Notes under the pieces: model-generated
Told to the model about the DNA's origin: nothing
Databases searched by the model: none
Seen by the model: only the letters and a program-made list of their open reading frames with translations
In this document: positions 40,953-52,353 of the stretch, piece after piece
Layout of the letters: the number at the start of each line of letters is the position of its first letter
Numbering within the stretch: the first letter of the stretch is position 1
Made by a program: the position numbers and the translations under genes
Assembly: GCA_965224085.1 (NCBI GenBank)
Contig: CBDCYI010000004.1
Location: 1,728,001 to 1,792,000 of the forward strand
DNA length: 64,000 nt
Reading direction: 5' to 3'
Source of the DNA: Candidatus Marinacidobacterales bacterium
GTDB lineage: Bacteria > Acidobacteriota > Vicinamibacteria > Marinacidobacterales > SMYC01

Positions 40953-42332
40953 ATGCTGATCCCGCTGACGCATGAGCGCATGACGGTACAACGTCTGCCT
41001 TGGGTCACGATCGGCATCATCGCGATGAACTTCGTCGTCTTTGTTTCTACTTGGCCCACCGCCAAGCAAGACGACGCCCGACGCACCGAAGCCTGGGACG
41101 AGCTCGTCGCCTATGCCGAAGCCCATCCGGGCGTTTGGGAGGACGACTGCGTGCGCTGTCCGGGGCGCGCCGATTTCGACGCCTTGAGCGAGCATTTGCA
41201 GGATGTCGCCTCCGCGCACATTTTTTCTCGATACGGCTACGTCCCGGGAAAGCCTACCCTCCGTGGCCTGTTCGGCTCGATTTTTCTTCACGCAGGCTGG
41301 TCGCACTTGTTGTGGAACATGTACTTTCTGTGGCTCTACGGCTGCAGCATCGAAGATCTTTGGGGGCGCCCACTCTACGCGGTCGTCTATCTCACGGGCG
41401 GCGTGGCCGCCGCGCTCGCCCAAGGCGCCTATGAGCCCAACGCGCTCGGCCCACTCGTAGGCACCTCGGGAGCGATCTCAGCGCTCACTGGTGTCTTCCT
41501 CATACGCTGCTGGGACACGCGCATCCGATTCTTCTGGATGTTCATTATTTTCTTCGGAACGTTTCACGCACCCGCCTGGATCATGTTGGGTTTTTGGATG
41601 ATGAAAGAGCTGTTCAACGCGTTTGTCTATGCGGGCGTCTCGTCGGTGGCATTCTGGGCTCACATTGGCGGCTTCCTGTTCGGCGCCATCGTCGCCTCCG
41701 TTCTCAAGTTGACGCGCGTCGAAGAGAACATCCTTGCACCGGCGCTCGATCGCAAGACCAATCTACTCGGACGCCAGGCGGAGGCTGCCCGCGCGGTCGA
41801 GCTCATGGAGGACGGTGATTATTCGACGGCTACGCGCGCGCTCAAATCGGCCATCCAACAAGCACCACAGGACAGCGATAGCTACCGGCTGCTCGCGCAG
41901 TGCTATCAAGCGCGCGGCCGTCCGCAAGAAGCGACGCGTTGGCTCCGTCAGGAGCTGAAGCTCCACGCCCAAGCGCGGGACGACGTCCTCGTGGCCGAGA
42001 CCTATCAAGAGCTAGTCAATACGGCGCCTGAGCTGTCACTGACGCCGAGAGAACTTTGGAGCGTGGCGACCTCTCTCATGGCGACCGGGAATGAAGGCCT
42101 CGGCGTCCCTCTCTATCATCAGCTGCTCGAGGGCGCGCCGGAACCCATGACGCGCCTGCGAGCCGGTCTCGCACTCGTCGAGCATTATCAGGCCGAGTCG
42201 GACCCGGTACGCGGGCTCGAGATTCTGGACCGCGTCCAGGAGTTCGCCGCGCCGCACGACGAATGGCGCGCGTTCGTCGAGAACAAGCGCACCGCGCTCC
42301 GCGACGCCGCGCCGGCCTTCCTGAGACGGTAG
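40953..42332 (+). CDS. Rhomboid intramembrane serine protease with C-terminal TPR-like region
   Basis: [24 protein letters not shown]; helical C-terminal half. Confidence 0.88.
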   Translation: MLIPLTHERMTVQRLPWVTIGIIAMNFVVFVSTWPTAKQDDARRTEAWDELVAYAEAHPGVWEDDCVRCPGRADFDALSEHLQDVASAHIFSRYGYVPGKPTLRGLFGSIFLHAGWSHLLWNMYFLWLYGCSIEDLWGRPLYAVVYLTGGVAAALAQGAYEPNALGPLVGTSGAISALTGVFLIRCWDTRIRFFWMFIIFFGTFHAPAWIMLGFWMMKELFNAFVYAGVSSVAFWAHIGGFLFGAIVASVLKLTRVEENILAPALDRKTNLLGRQAEAARAVELMEDGDYSTATRALKSAIQQAPQDSDSYRLLAQCYQARGRPQEATRWLRQELKLHAQARDDVLVAETYQELVNTAPELSLTPRELWSVATSLMATGNEGLGVPLYHQLLEGAPEPMTRLRAGLALVEHYQAESDPVRGLEILDRVQEFAAPHDEWRAFVENKRTALRDAAPAFLRR

Positions 42333-42348
42333 AGCTTCTCTCTAGCCC

Positions 42349-43842
42349 CTAAGCGAGTCGGCGGAAGAACAAGATCACCATCACCGTGTACAGCTCGAGC
42401 CTGCCGACGATCATCAGGATCGCGAGAAGGACTTTAGCGGGAGCCGGTAGCCCCGCATAGGTCAAACTGGGCCCGACCTCCCCGAAACCGGGCCCGATAT
42501 TGCCGAGGCACGCCGCCGCGGCGGAGAACGACGTGAAAGGATCGAGCCCCATCACCGTCAAGCAGACGCCACCACTCACGAAGAGAAGCACGAAGAGAAC
42601 GAAGAAGGTCGTGACTGAAGAGACGACGTCATCCGGGATGGCGCGCGCGCCCAGCTGGACCGGAAGCACCGCATGTGGCTGGAGAACGCGCTTCACGTCG
42701 ACGGCGATTTTCTTGAAGACGATGAGCAAGCGGACGATCTTCACCGAGCCGCCCGTGGAGCCGGCGCAGCCGCCCGTGAACATCAAGAGAAAGAGCAAAG
42801 TCCTTGTGAGCTCCGGCCAACCGTCATATTCCGCCGTGACAAAACCGGTCGTGGTGACGATGGATACGACCTGAAACGCCGCCAGCCGCACGCCCTCGAA
42901 CAAGGACGGCGTCACGCGGCCGAGCATCAAGTTCAGGAGGACGACGGCGCTCGACACCACGAGGATTCCGAGATAGAGCCGAAGCTCGGAATCTTGTTTG
43001 AGGGCCGAGAATTTGCCCCGAAGCCATTGGTAGTGAATCGCGAAGCTCGCGCCGGCCAAGACCATGAAGAGAGTTACGGTCCATTCGACGCCTGCGCTCC
43101 CGAAAGCGCCGATGCTCTCGTTCTTGGTCGAGAAGCCCCCTGTCGCCATCGTGGCGAATGCATGCGCGACCGCGTCGAGCGGACCCAATCCGAGGAGCAG
43201 CAGGACGACCACTTCAAAGGCGGTGAGCAGGACGTAGATACCCCAAAGGGCTTTAGCCGTCTGAGCGATCCGCGGTGTCAATTTCTCCTGAATTGGACCG
43301 GGCGCTTCCGCCGCAAGAAGCTCCATCCCGCCCACGGCGAGCTTTGGAAGGATCGCGATCCCGAGCACGATGATCCCCATGCCGCCAATCCATTGAGTCA
43401 GCGCGCGCCAGAGCAGGAACGACTTGGGCAAACGCTCCACATCGGCGAAGATGGTGGCGCCTGTCGTGGTGAAACCGGAAGCCGATTCGAAAAAAGCGTC
43501 GACCGCGAAGCCGAAGCCGAACTCGATGACGAAAGGCAGCGCACCCACGAAGGCAGCGACGAGCCAAGCCGACGACACGAGAAGAAATGCCTCGCGGCGC
43601 GCGAAGGTGAACGCGTCACCTTGATGAAAGAACCGCTCGAGAAAGAGACCGAGCCCTGCGACGATGAACGCCGCCACGTAAAACGCCCAACGTGCATTTT
43701 CGCCGGTAAGTTGTCCGACAAGCCCGGGCACGACCAGTGCGAGGCCGAGTGCCAATAGTAAGCGGCCGAGAAGGAAGAGAACGCCCCCGATATTGACGTT
43801 GATGCGAAACCGGCCTCCCGGGCGAGCTTTCGCTTCAGCCAT
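42349..43842 (-). CDS. trkH: Trk potassium uptake membrane protein
   Basis: FESASGFTTTG, QWIGGMG, ATGGFS, TTTGF, GGCAGSTGG, GNIGPG, GRLE. Confidence 0.95.
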   Translation of the reverse strand: MAEAKARPGGRFRINVNIGGVLFLLGRLLLALGLALVVPGLVGQLTGENARWAFYVAAFIVAGLGLFLERFFHQGDAFTFARREAFLLVSSAWLVAAFVGALPFVIEFGFGFAVDAFFESASGFTTTGATIFADVERLPKSFLLWRALTQWIGGMGIIVLGIAILPKLAVGGMELLAAEAPGPIQEKLTPRIAQTAKALWGIYVLLTAFEVVVLLLLGLGPLDAVAHAFATMATGGFSTKNESIGAFGSAGVEWTVTLFMVLAGASFAIHYQWLRGKFSALKQDSELRLYLGILVVSSAVVLLNLMLGRVTPSLFEGVRLAAFQVVSIVTTTGFVTAEYDGWPELTRTLLFLLMFTGGCAGSTGGSVKIVRLLIVFKKIAVDVKRVLQPHAVLPVQLGARAIPDDVVSSVTTFFVLFVLLFVSGGVCLTVMGLDPFTSFSAAAACLGNIGPGFGEVGPSLTYAGLPAPAKVLLAILMIVGRLELYTVMVILFFRRLA

Positions 43843-43848
43843 GTCCCG

Positions 43849-45180
43849 TTATCGGGCTCGAAAAAGCTTCTCCAGAGCTGGCAGCGCTTCTGTCAAACTG
43901 AAGACGAGGGCGCGATCGCCGACCTGAAAGGTGAATTCACCGTCCGGAACGTAGCGCGCCTCGCCTCGAATCACAGCGCCGATGATACTGTCCTTGGGAA
44001 TCTTGAGCTTGCGTAGAGGTGCTTTGAGCGCACGAGAGCCGTCGGGAATCTGAAACTCCACGACCTCGGCGTCCCCGCTGGCGACGAAATCGAGACTCAA
44101 GATTTCGCGGCGATGCACCATTCTCAGAATGGTACCCGCCATAATGAGCCGCGGGGACAACCCGATATCGACACGTGCCGCGCGCAAAACGTTCAGAAAT
44201 TCCGGCCGCTGGTACAGGCTGACGACGATGCGCGCGCCAGCCTCATGCGCCAAATAAGAACTGATCACGTTGCTCTCATCGTCCTGCGTTGCGGCCACGA
44301 AATAGTCGGCCTCCGCGGCGCCCGCCTCCTTCAAAAGCGCCGTATCCGTCGCATCACCATGAAGGACGAGCGCCTGTGGCACGTCGGTCGCGAGAGCGAG
44401 CGCTTTTTGCGCTTGCCGCTGGATGACGGTGACCTGCACGTCGTCTTCGACGAGTTTCTTGGCGAGCCAGCTCCCGACATGACCAGCGCCCGCGATGACG
44501 ACCGTGCGAACCGGCGGCGCTTCAACGCCGATAGCTTTCAGGAATAGTGTAGCCGTCTCGGTCCGGCCCACCGCGTAGATGCGCCGGCCCTGCTTCAGCT
44601 CGGTATCGCCGCGCGGGATCGTGAGCCGTCCGCCGCGCTCGACCCCCACCAAGACCCAACCGTCGGGGCCACGAAGCTCCCGCAGCGGTCGGCCGTAGAT
44701 GTTCGCATCGCGCGAAGGCCGCACCCGAAGCAAAAGAAGCTTCCCATCCTCGAAAAAATGCGCTTTGCTGACGCCCGGAATCCGAGTGAGCCCTAGAATC
44801 TCCTCGGCGACGAGTCGTTCCGGATGCAGAGGGATGATGTTCTCGTCCTCTCGCAGCAGAGGATTCTCACCATATTGAGGGTTCCCGAGGCGGGCCACGC
44901 ATTGCTTGGCGCCGAGGCCCCGCGCGGTCAGCGCGGCGAGCAAGTTTACCGCGTCGGAGTTGGAAACGCTGAAAAAGAGATCGGCCTGATCGATGCCGTG
45001 CTCTTTCAGAAGGCTCGGCTGACACCCGTCGCCATGAATCGCCATGACGTCGAGCTCGGCCTGCACCTTGTGTGCTTGTGCCGAGTCGGCTTCGATGACG
45101 ACGAGGTCGTGCCCCTTCCGTGCGAGGGAGGTCGCGATATGGAATCCGACTTCCCCCGCGCCCACGATGAAGATGCGCAT
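43849..45180 (-). CDS. trkA: Trk potassium uptake RCK protein
   Basis: Two RCK_N/RCK_C units (IVGAGEVG; IAGAGHVG); upstream of trkH. Confidence 0.93.
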   Translation of the reverse strand: MRIFIVGAGEVGFHIATSLARKGHDLVVIEADSAQAHKVQAELDVMAIHGDGCQPSLLKEHGIDQADLFFSVSNSDAVNLLAALTARGLGAKQCVARLGNPQYGENPLLREDENIIPLHPERLVAEEILGLTRIPGVSKAHFFEDGKLLLLRVRPSRDANIYGRPLRELRGPDGWVLVGVERGGRLTIPRGDTELKQGRRIYAVGRTETATLFLKAIGVEAPPVRTVVIAGAGHVGSWLAKKLVEDDVQVTVIQRQAQKALALATDVPQALVLHGDATDTALLKEAGAAEADYFVAATQDDESNVISSYLAHEAGARIVVSLYQRPEFLNVLRAARVDIGLSPRLIMAGTILRMVHRREILSLDFVASGDAEVVEFQIPDGSRALKAPLRKLKIPKDSIIGAVIRGEARYVPDGEFTFQVGDRALVFSLTEALPALEKLFRAR

Positions 45181-45342
45181 CGAACCCAGAGTTCTAGCTC
45201 ATTGTGCGTGCTCGACGCAAATCGTCGATGCTAGCTTTGGTTTTGAGGCAGCCTTGCAGCGAACCATAGCGCGACCCACAGATACTTGACACTAGTAATT
45301 TGGGATTTTGGGTGCGAACATAGACGAACACCCGAAAAACTG

Positions 45343-47286
45343 ATGTCCAAAACTGTCATTCCCGACAAAGTCGGTAGGTACGAACTACGCGGTCTCGTCG
45401 GCGGTGGCGCCATGGGCGTGGTCTATAGCGCCGTCGACCCGGGGCTCGGACGCTCCGTGGCCATCAAGACCATGTCGATCTCTGATTCGCCCCATGAGGC
45501 GGAGCTTCGGAAACGCTTTTTGCAGGAGGCGCAAGCCGCAAGCCAGCTTCAGCACCCGAACATCATCACGGTGCACGAGCTGTTCGAGGAAGGCGATACC
45601 GCTTTTCTCGTGATGGAACTTCTCGAGGGCGCGTCCTTGTCGGCCCTTCTTCGGCGGAAGAAGGTGCTCTCGCTAGCGGAGAAGATCTCTATCATCGACC
45701 AGATAGCAGCCGGTCTGTCCGAAGCTCACGCAAATCGGATCGTCCATCGTGACATGAAGCCTTCCAACGTCTTCGTTGTTCGAAGCGGCGTCGTCAAAGT
45801 TATCGATTTCGGTGTCGCCAAAGTCGGTGAGGGAGAGCTCACGAAAGCGGGCACCGTATTCGGAACGGTCGAATATATGGCTCCGGAGCAAGTCCGTGGA
45901 CAAAGCGTGACGCAGCAAGCCGACATCTTTTCCCTCGGTGTCGTCGCGTACGAGCTCCTGAGTGGCCGCAATCCGTTTCGTGCGGATACGCTCGCCGCGT
46001 CGGTGTTCAAGATCATGTCCGATAACCCGGGCAAGCTGAGCGACGACGCCAATGTTCCTGAAGAAATCGACGCCGTCGTGTTTCGCGCCTTAGCGAAACC
46101 GATGGTCGAGAGGTTCGAATCTCTGCGCGAGCTCCGCGCACATCTGCAAGACGCCGCGGAACAACTCGGGGTCACCCCCAAACCGCCCTTACTCGCGGAT
46201 GAAGATATCGAGATCACCAAGGAACGTGGGGACATTGTGGCGGTATCGGCCACTCCCCGAGTGTCGCAGTGGTCCAACGTCGCCGCGCAGGCGGATCTGC
46301 TCGAACAGACCTATCAGCTAGGCGTCCAAGCCTACGGCAGAGGTGATTATGAGGACTGCGTTTCCAAGATGAGCCAAGTGCTCGACGAAGTGCCCGTCCA
46401 CGCGATGTCGCTGCACTATCTCGCCTCGAGCGAGGAGAGGCTGAGACGCCAGCGTTTGAGCGACGATGCGAGGCAAAAGGCGTCCACGCTTCTGACCGCG
46501 ATGCGCGACGCCCATCGCCAAGGCGACTCGGACCTGGTCACCGAGAAATCCAATGCTTTTCTCTCGCTGGATCCCGAATCCATGGAAGCGCGGTAGTATC
46601 GTCGCAATGCAGAAGCGCGCAAACGGGCCGCAACCGTGGGCGGTTCGCGTCCGCGCGCCGCCGCAGGTCATTCCCAGATGGGAAGCCTAGGAGGGCAAGC
46701 CCGAGGGAGCTTCGGCTACACGTCATCGCCTGGACGCACGATGAGCGCCGCTCAAACACCGCCGGCATTTGCGCCGACTCCAAGTGCTCTTGGCTCGTCC
46801 GCCAACGGAATGTGGATCCTCGCCGGCGTCGCGATCCTCTTCGTAGGTCTTATCGTGGTGTGGCTCGGAAGCTTGGGGAGCCCGGATCTTAGCGTTTCGG
46901 CCAGCCCCGGCCGCGGTCCCAAGGTGCGCGTTTCGCCGTTTGATGGAATGGACGATAGCCAAGCCGTGCAGCTGCAGCTCCAACGACAAGATCCGGAGCC
47001 GGCCCCGACCGCGCCGCCCGCGGGGTTCTCGGTCCAATACGTCATACCGACCAAGATCGAGGTCGGCCGACCCATGACGCTGGGTCTCTTCGGCGACGGT
47101 TTTCCCGAGGACGCCAAAGTTTCTATCGCCGTAGAGGGGGTGGCCATTTTGTCGACCCACGTGCGGAGCCCCGAGCACATCGAAATCCAGATCCAGGCAG
47201 ACCAAGCACACGAGCAGCTCGACATCGTGGTCGAAGACTCCGAAGGCGCTCGGGTCGCGGTCGCTCTCACCGTGCATGAGCGGTAG
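45343..47286 (+). pseudogene. Ser/Thr kinase with TPR-like region, TM segment and C-terminal Ig-like domain; in-frame TAG at 46594-46596
   Basis: VGGGAMGVVY, HRDMKPSN, DFGVAK, YMAPEQ; ORF 46636-47286 is in the same frame (EAR*YRRNAE). Confidence 0.8.
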
Positions 47287-47395
47287 CCAGATGTACCACA
47301 ACCACGCACATCGAGTGCGGTAAATTCACCACGTTACATCATAAGCCACTCGAACAACTATCCCATTTACAACGGGTTGCGACAGAACACTTTCC

Positions 47396-47411
47396 TGGCA
47401 CACGGATTGCT
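47396..47411 (+). promoter_or_regulatory. sigma54 (-24/-12) promoter upstream of wzc
   Basis: TGGCAC-ACGGA-TTGCT is a perfect match to TGGCAC-N5-TTGCW, in an AT-richer intergenic region. Confidence 0.75.
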
Positions 47412-47517
47412 ACACAAGCGAAGCGGGTCCACTTTCGAATTTCATTGGAAATCCAACACACAGCACGTTTTAAGACCACGTCTCTGCCGAGCGTTTTTGA
47501 TTCAGTAGGTTCATGGG

Positions 47518-49817
47518 ATGGAGCTGAAAAAGAGCGAACAGATGTCCAACGCGAATTGGACTCCTCCACCAATGCCGACATCCGAGCCGGAGTCAGCCGA
47601 GTTCCATCCTCCCGAATCGGAGAAGCACCTGAGGGACTATTGGTACGTTATCTTGAAGCGCCGCTGGGTCATCCTCGCGGTTTTCGTTTCGGTCCTGTCC
47701 TACACCGCGGTAAAAGCGCTCATGCGCCAGCCGGTCTATAGCGCGTCCACCGTCCTCCAGATCGATCGCGGCAAGATCAATCTTGTCCAGGACGTGATGG
47801 TTCAGGACTACTGGAGCGGCTACGACGAGTTCTACCCCACGCAGCAGCGCGTTTTGATGAGCCGCAATCTTTCGCGGGGCGTCGTCCGAAGCCTCCGTCT
47901 CTGGGAGCAACCCTATTTCGGAGGCGACAAGACGCACACACCGGACGAGCAAACCGTGGAGGGTCTCGCCGGGCGCGTGGTCGGGATGCTGCAGGTCACG
48001 CAGATTCGGAATACACAGCTCATGGAGCTGAAGTTCACGAGTACGGATCCGCAAGTCGCCGCGGATCTCGCCAATGCGCTCGCACGACAATACATGACGT
48101 TCAGCATGGAAAAAGAGACGACCCTCGCTCGTGACACCGCCGGTTTCATCCGCGAGCAAGTCGAGAAAATACAAGTCGAGATTCAAGAGCGGGAGCAGCT
48201 TCTTCAGGAATACAGCCAGCGCCAAGACCTCATGATGGTCGATGAAAAAGAGCTCCTCGTCATGCGACAGCTCCAAGATCTCAACAGCGCCGTCGCGGTG
48301 GCGCGCACGTCGCGAGCGAACGCGGAAGCCAAATATCGGAGTCTTCGGGCGGCTGACACGCAAATACTACCTGCGGTTCTCGCGAACCCGACCGTCCAGG
48401 GCCTCGTGCAGCAACGCGGCGTGCTCGAAGGCCAAGTCGCCGAGCTCGCCGCCAAGTTCAAGGACGACTGGCCGGATCTGCGCCGCGCCCGCGAAGGGCT
48501 CGCCGACATCAAGAATCGGATCGAAACTGAGCGTAGAGCTTTGACGGTCGACGTCGTGGCGAAGGCCCGGGTGGAGTATCAGGCCGCTGTCAAGCGCGAA
48601 ACCCTCCTGCTCGCGGAAGTCGAAGCTCAGAAGCGAGAAGCTCAGAAGCTCAGTAAGCTCACGACAGATTACAGTCAAATCAAAGCCGGGATTGACAACC
48701 AACGTTCCATGCTGCAGCAGCTGTTACGCAGGCAATCCGAGACGGGTCTGAGACGGGTCTGAGTGCCGAGCTCGGAGCGCGGGAGCCCGTGAACGTCCGC
48801 ATCGTGGAGGCGGCGCTCGTTCCGAAAGCACCCTCCGGCCCGAGCCTTTCGCGAAGCCTATTGCTCGGCAGCGTCGTCGGTATCGCACTTGCCCTCGGAC
48901 TCGCGCTGTTCCTCGACTATTGGGAAACGAGCATCTACACGATCGAGGATCTACGCCGGCAGGTGCCGCTTCCCTATATGGGGATGATCCCTCGACTTAA
49001 TTCCGACACCATTTCGCGCTGGGACGCTCTTGCGGCAGGCGCGATGGCCCCGCACGGCAAGAACATGAATCACACACGCTCGGCACTTGCCTTGTCGCAA
49101 AGCACCAAAATCGCTTCCCGTGCGAAGGAAGACATGTCGCTGATCGCGGAGCGCTTCAAGTTTCTGCGCGGCTCGCTCTTGCTGTCCACGCCCGGCCACC
49201 CGCCACGAACCGTTATCGTAACGGGTCCGGACAAGAACGCTGGCAAAACGTTCGTCGCTTGCAACCTCGCGACCTCGCTTGCCGATCTGGACAAGAAGGT
49301 TCTTTTGATCGACGCAGACCTCCGCAACCCCCAGATCCACAAGGTCTTCCGGTTCAAAAACCGCGTTGGCCTTTCGAGTGTCCTGTCGGGGCAAACGGCG
49401 GTCGAGAAGGGATGCGTCTTTTCGACGATCATTCCGAATCTCTACGTGCTGCTCGCTGGCCCCCCCAGCCCGACTCCCGCCGAACTTCTCGGCTCGAGCA
49501 AGATGGAGGAGACGCTCGAGCAGTGCATGCAGCTTTTCGACTACGTGCTGCTGGACTCGGCGCCTCTCTTACCTGTTTTCGACTCTCACTATCTCACCGT
49601 ACGCGCCGACGCCAACCTCCTCGTCGTCCGGAGCGGACACACTTCGAGAAATGCTGTAAGCCAGAGCCTCGACTTGATTGATCGCGTCGGTGGCAAGGTC
49701 ACGGGGGTCATCTTGAACGACGTGAACCTCGCGGACTACGCTCAGAATTACTATTACAGCTATCACAGCTACGAGTACGGGACTTACGGCGAAGAGCCGG
49801 CGCGAAAGGTCAGTTAA
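47518..49817 (+). pseudogene. wzc: Polysaccharide co-polymerase/tyrosine autokinase, split by an 11-bp tandem duplication at 48739-48760
   Basis: HLRDYWYVILKRRW, coiled coil, Walker A GPDKNAGKT, LLIDADLR, LLDSAP, Tyr cluster YYYSYHSYEYGTY; GAGACGGGTCT x2. Confidence 0.9.
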
Positions 49818-49848
49818 TCGTGCCCCTCACCCGCATCGTTCTCGCCTG

Positions 49849-51033
49849 ATGCCTTCGGTGACGGCCCCCGGGCTCGACAAGCTCACGAGGGCATGCGCCA
49901 AAGAGCTCGCTCAGGGCGCACCTTCCGACTATTTTGTGCGCTCCGAGGTCGAGCGGCTCTCCCCCCTCCTTTATTACGGGTTCGACCGTCTCGGATGGCC
50001 CGACACCGTCCCAGAGGATGAACGTCACCACTTCCGCAAAGCTTACTACGCGAGCGCGGGCCGAAACGTCGAATTGTTGGACGCTCTCGGTAACGCAGCC
50101 GAGGCCCTCTCGGCACGGGATATCCAGACGATCGCAGTGAAAGGCGCGGAGCTCGCGACCAACGTTTATCCGAGCGTCGCACTCCGCCCGATGAGCGATA
50201 TCGACCTCTGTGTGTCGCCCGAGCAGGGCGAAGCTGCGGAGGCTACATTGACGGAGCTCGGATACCGCCCCTATGCGCCGGAAATGACTCCGGGGCTCGC
50301 GCGGAAGACACGGCACGCAAAGTTGTTCATCGGTGGTGCTCGGGACAACATCGCCATCGATCTGCATTGGTCGTTAGTCGGCGGTCTCGGCGACACTCGC
50401 GCACCCCATTACGATTGGCTTCGCGACAATACCGTGAGAAGCGACGCGCCCTACGAGCGGCTTTCGGAGACGGCGCATCTCGCTTATCTGGCCGCACACA
50501 TGAAGCTTCAGCACTACGACGAAGAGATTCCACTCCTGTGGCTCGTCGATTTCACGCTTCTCGCTTCTTCGTCCTCGATGGAGTGGGAGGTGCTCTTCGC
50601 CGATGCGCGCGCTCTTGGGTGGAGCGACGCGCTGGCCGCAACGGCCCGCGATGTGCAACGACGCCTGGGTGCCGATTTGCCCGAGCCGCTCGTGCGGTTC
50701 ACTGACAGCTGGCCGCTGCTGCCGCAGATAGCGGAACTTCATCGGCGGGACGGCCGCGACGAGCCCGAGCGCGTTTGGAACGAGCTCACCACGCTACCCT
50801 GGCACGCACGTTGGGCGCTCCTCTGCGCTCTCGTTCTACCGTCGTTGAGCTACATGCGCTTCCGCTATCCCTCGCTGCCTAGTTGGGCATGGCCGCTCGC
50901 TTATCCGCTTCGATGGGCCCGATTCGTAGCTAAATCTGCAGCGCTCGCTAAGAGGTATGTAGGCCGCGTTGTGCACCGGGAAACACGAACGAAACCGCTT
51001 CTCGCGTCCCCGGATCGCCGCAAAAGCTGGTAG
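49849..51033 (+). CDS. Uncharacterised nucleotidyltransferase (NTP_transf_5-like)
   Basis: AVKGAELA..YP..ALRPMSDIDL, IDLHW, LLWLVD. Confidence 0.88.
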   Translation: MPSVTAPGLDKLTRACAKELAQGAPSDYFVRSEVERLSPLLYYGFDRLGWPDTVPEDERHHFRKAYYASAGRNVELLDALGNAAEALSARDIQTIAVKGAELATNVYPSVALRPMSDIDLCVSPEQGEAAEATLTELGYRPYAPEMTPGLARKTRHAKLFIGGARDNIAIDLHWSLVGGLGDTRAPHYDWLRDNTVRSDAPYERLSETAHLAYLAAHMKLQHYDEEIPLLWLVDFTLLASSSSMEWEVLFADARALGWSDALAATARDVQRRLGADLPEPLVRFTDSWPLLPQIAELHRRDGRDEPERVWNELTTLPWHARWALLCALVLPSLSYMRFRYPSLPSWAWPLAYPLRWARFVAKSAALAKRYVGRVVHRETRTKPLLASPDRRKSW

Positions 51034-51068
51034 AATCTAGGCATACACTAATACATAGGTACAAATGC

Positions 51069-52011
51069 GTGGCTGTGAATTTCGCTGCCTGTAAAACTAC
51101 GCCTTTCGGCGCTCGCTATCTGAAAAACCCAGCCATGTTTCCCCTTGGTTTGGACGGAGAATCGTGGGGAAGCCGCGAGCTATCGCTCGGGGTCTTGGAC
51201 AAGCGGTTTCTCGTATGCGGGCTCAGCGCGGCTCAGGAACATACGATCCGAAGCTTGTGGCCCCGCTTCGTCATCGACGATCCGGACCGCGCGGACGTGG
51301 CGCTGTTCGTGCACCGCGCACCGACGTCCATCTTTATCAAGTTCGACCGCTGGGAGTACACCCTCGATTTCGATTACACGACGAAGTCGCTCTCGATGGC
51401 GGGATTGGATCTCATGGGGCGACTCGAGCTCGTGCCCGAGCTGCGCGCCGCACTTTGGGTGGCAACGGAAGAACACGATCTGTTTCACAGCGCTTTCGAG
51501 AACTTCTTGCGAATCCTCGTCGCCTACGCGGCGCTCGATCTCGGAGGCGGGTTGTTTCACAGTGCTGCCGTCGTGGAGGGCTACTCGGCTTGGCTATTCG
51601 TCGGCCATTCCGGCGCAGGCAAGTCCACCGTCTCCCAACTGGCGCTCGACTCCGGTCGCGCTGTTTTGAGCGATGATTTGAACCCGGTCCTGCCGAATCC
51701 ACGCGGCGGCCTCGACCGTCGTCGGGAGCCCTTTTCTCGGCGACGAAGGCGCCCGCGCGCCGACGCGCCACGCGTTGAACGCCATCTACCGGCTGGAGCA
51801 AGGCGCAAGAGACGGCGTAAGAACGATGGGCGAAGCCGAGACGCTCGCTTCACTCATGGCATCCTCGCCCTATCTCAACCGCGATCCTCACCGGACCGAA
51901 ACGCTGTGCAAAAACCTAGCGACCCTCGCGGGGCGTGTCCCGCAGCGCGTTTTGACTTTTCGGCGCGATGGAACGATCTGGCCCCTCCTCGAACGGAACG
52001 GGGCAAAATAA
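51069..52011 (+). CDS. HprK-related P-loop kinase, with a one-base frameshift near 51712
   Basis: LFHSAAV, GHSGAGKST, LSDD; the shifted frame continues VVGSPFLGD..AIYRLEQG..LTFRRDGTIW to TAA 52011. Confidence 0.8.
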
Positions 52012-52065
52012 TTTGAAGTCAGATATTTAGATCAACGTTTTCTTGCAGTTAAAGGAGCAACTCTG

Positions 52066-52353
52066 ATGATCGACAGGTCGCTTGTTCTCAAGCGTAGGGA
52101 TGACGTTCGGTACCGGATCGTCGGTGATGAGGCGGTTGTGATTCGGCAAAGTGCGGCTGAGGTTCTAGCTCTCAATGACGTGGGGGCGCGGGTGCTCGAG
52201 CTCATCGATGCGGGAGAGACGATGGGCGCTTTGATCGACACGATGGTCGAGGAATACGATGTCGGGCGGGAAGATCTCGCTCGTGACGTCGTGGGGTTCG
52301 TCCAATCGATCCGCGAGGCGGGCATCGTCGAAGGCGTCTCGAACCCGTCGTGA
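52066..52353 (+). CDS. PqqD-family RiPP recognition element (RRE)
   Basis: 95 aa; YRIVGDEAVV..LALNDVGARVLELIDAGET..EEYDV..DVVGFVQSIREAGIV; RBS AAGGAG. Confidence 0.92.
   Translation: MIDRSLVLKRRDDVRYRIVGDEAVVIRQSAAEVLALNDVGARVLELIDAGETMGALIDTMVEEYDVGREDLARDVVGFVQSIREAGIVEGVSNPS

Noticed and set aside
46594-46596. Amber recoding or pyrrolysine read-through in the kinase
   Set aside because: Many intact genes here end in TAG; a single TGG-to-TAG change or a sequencing error is simpler
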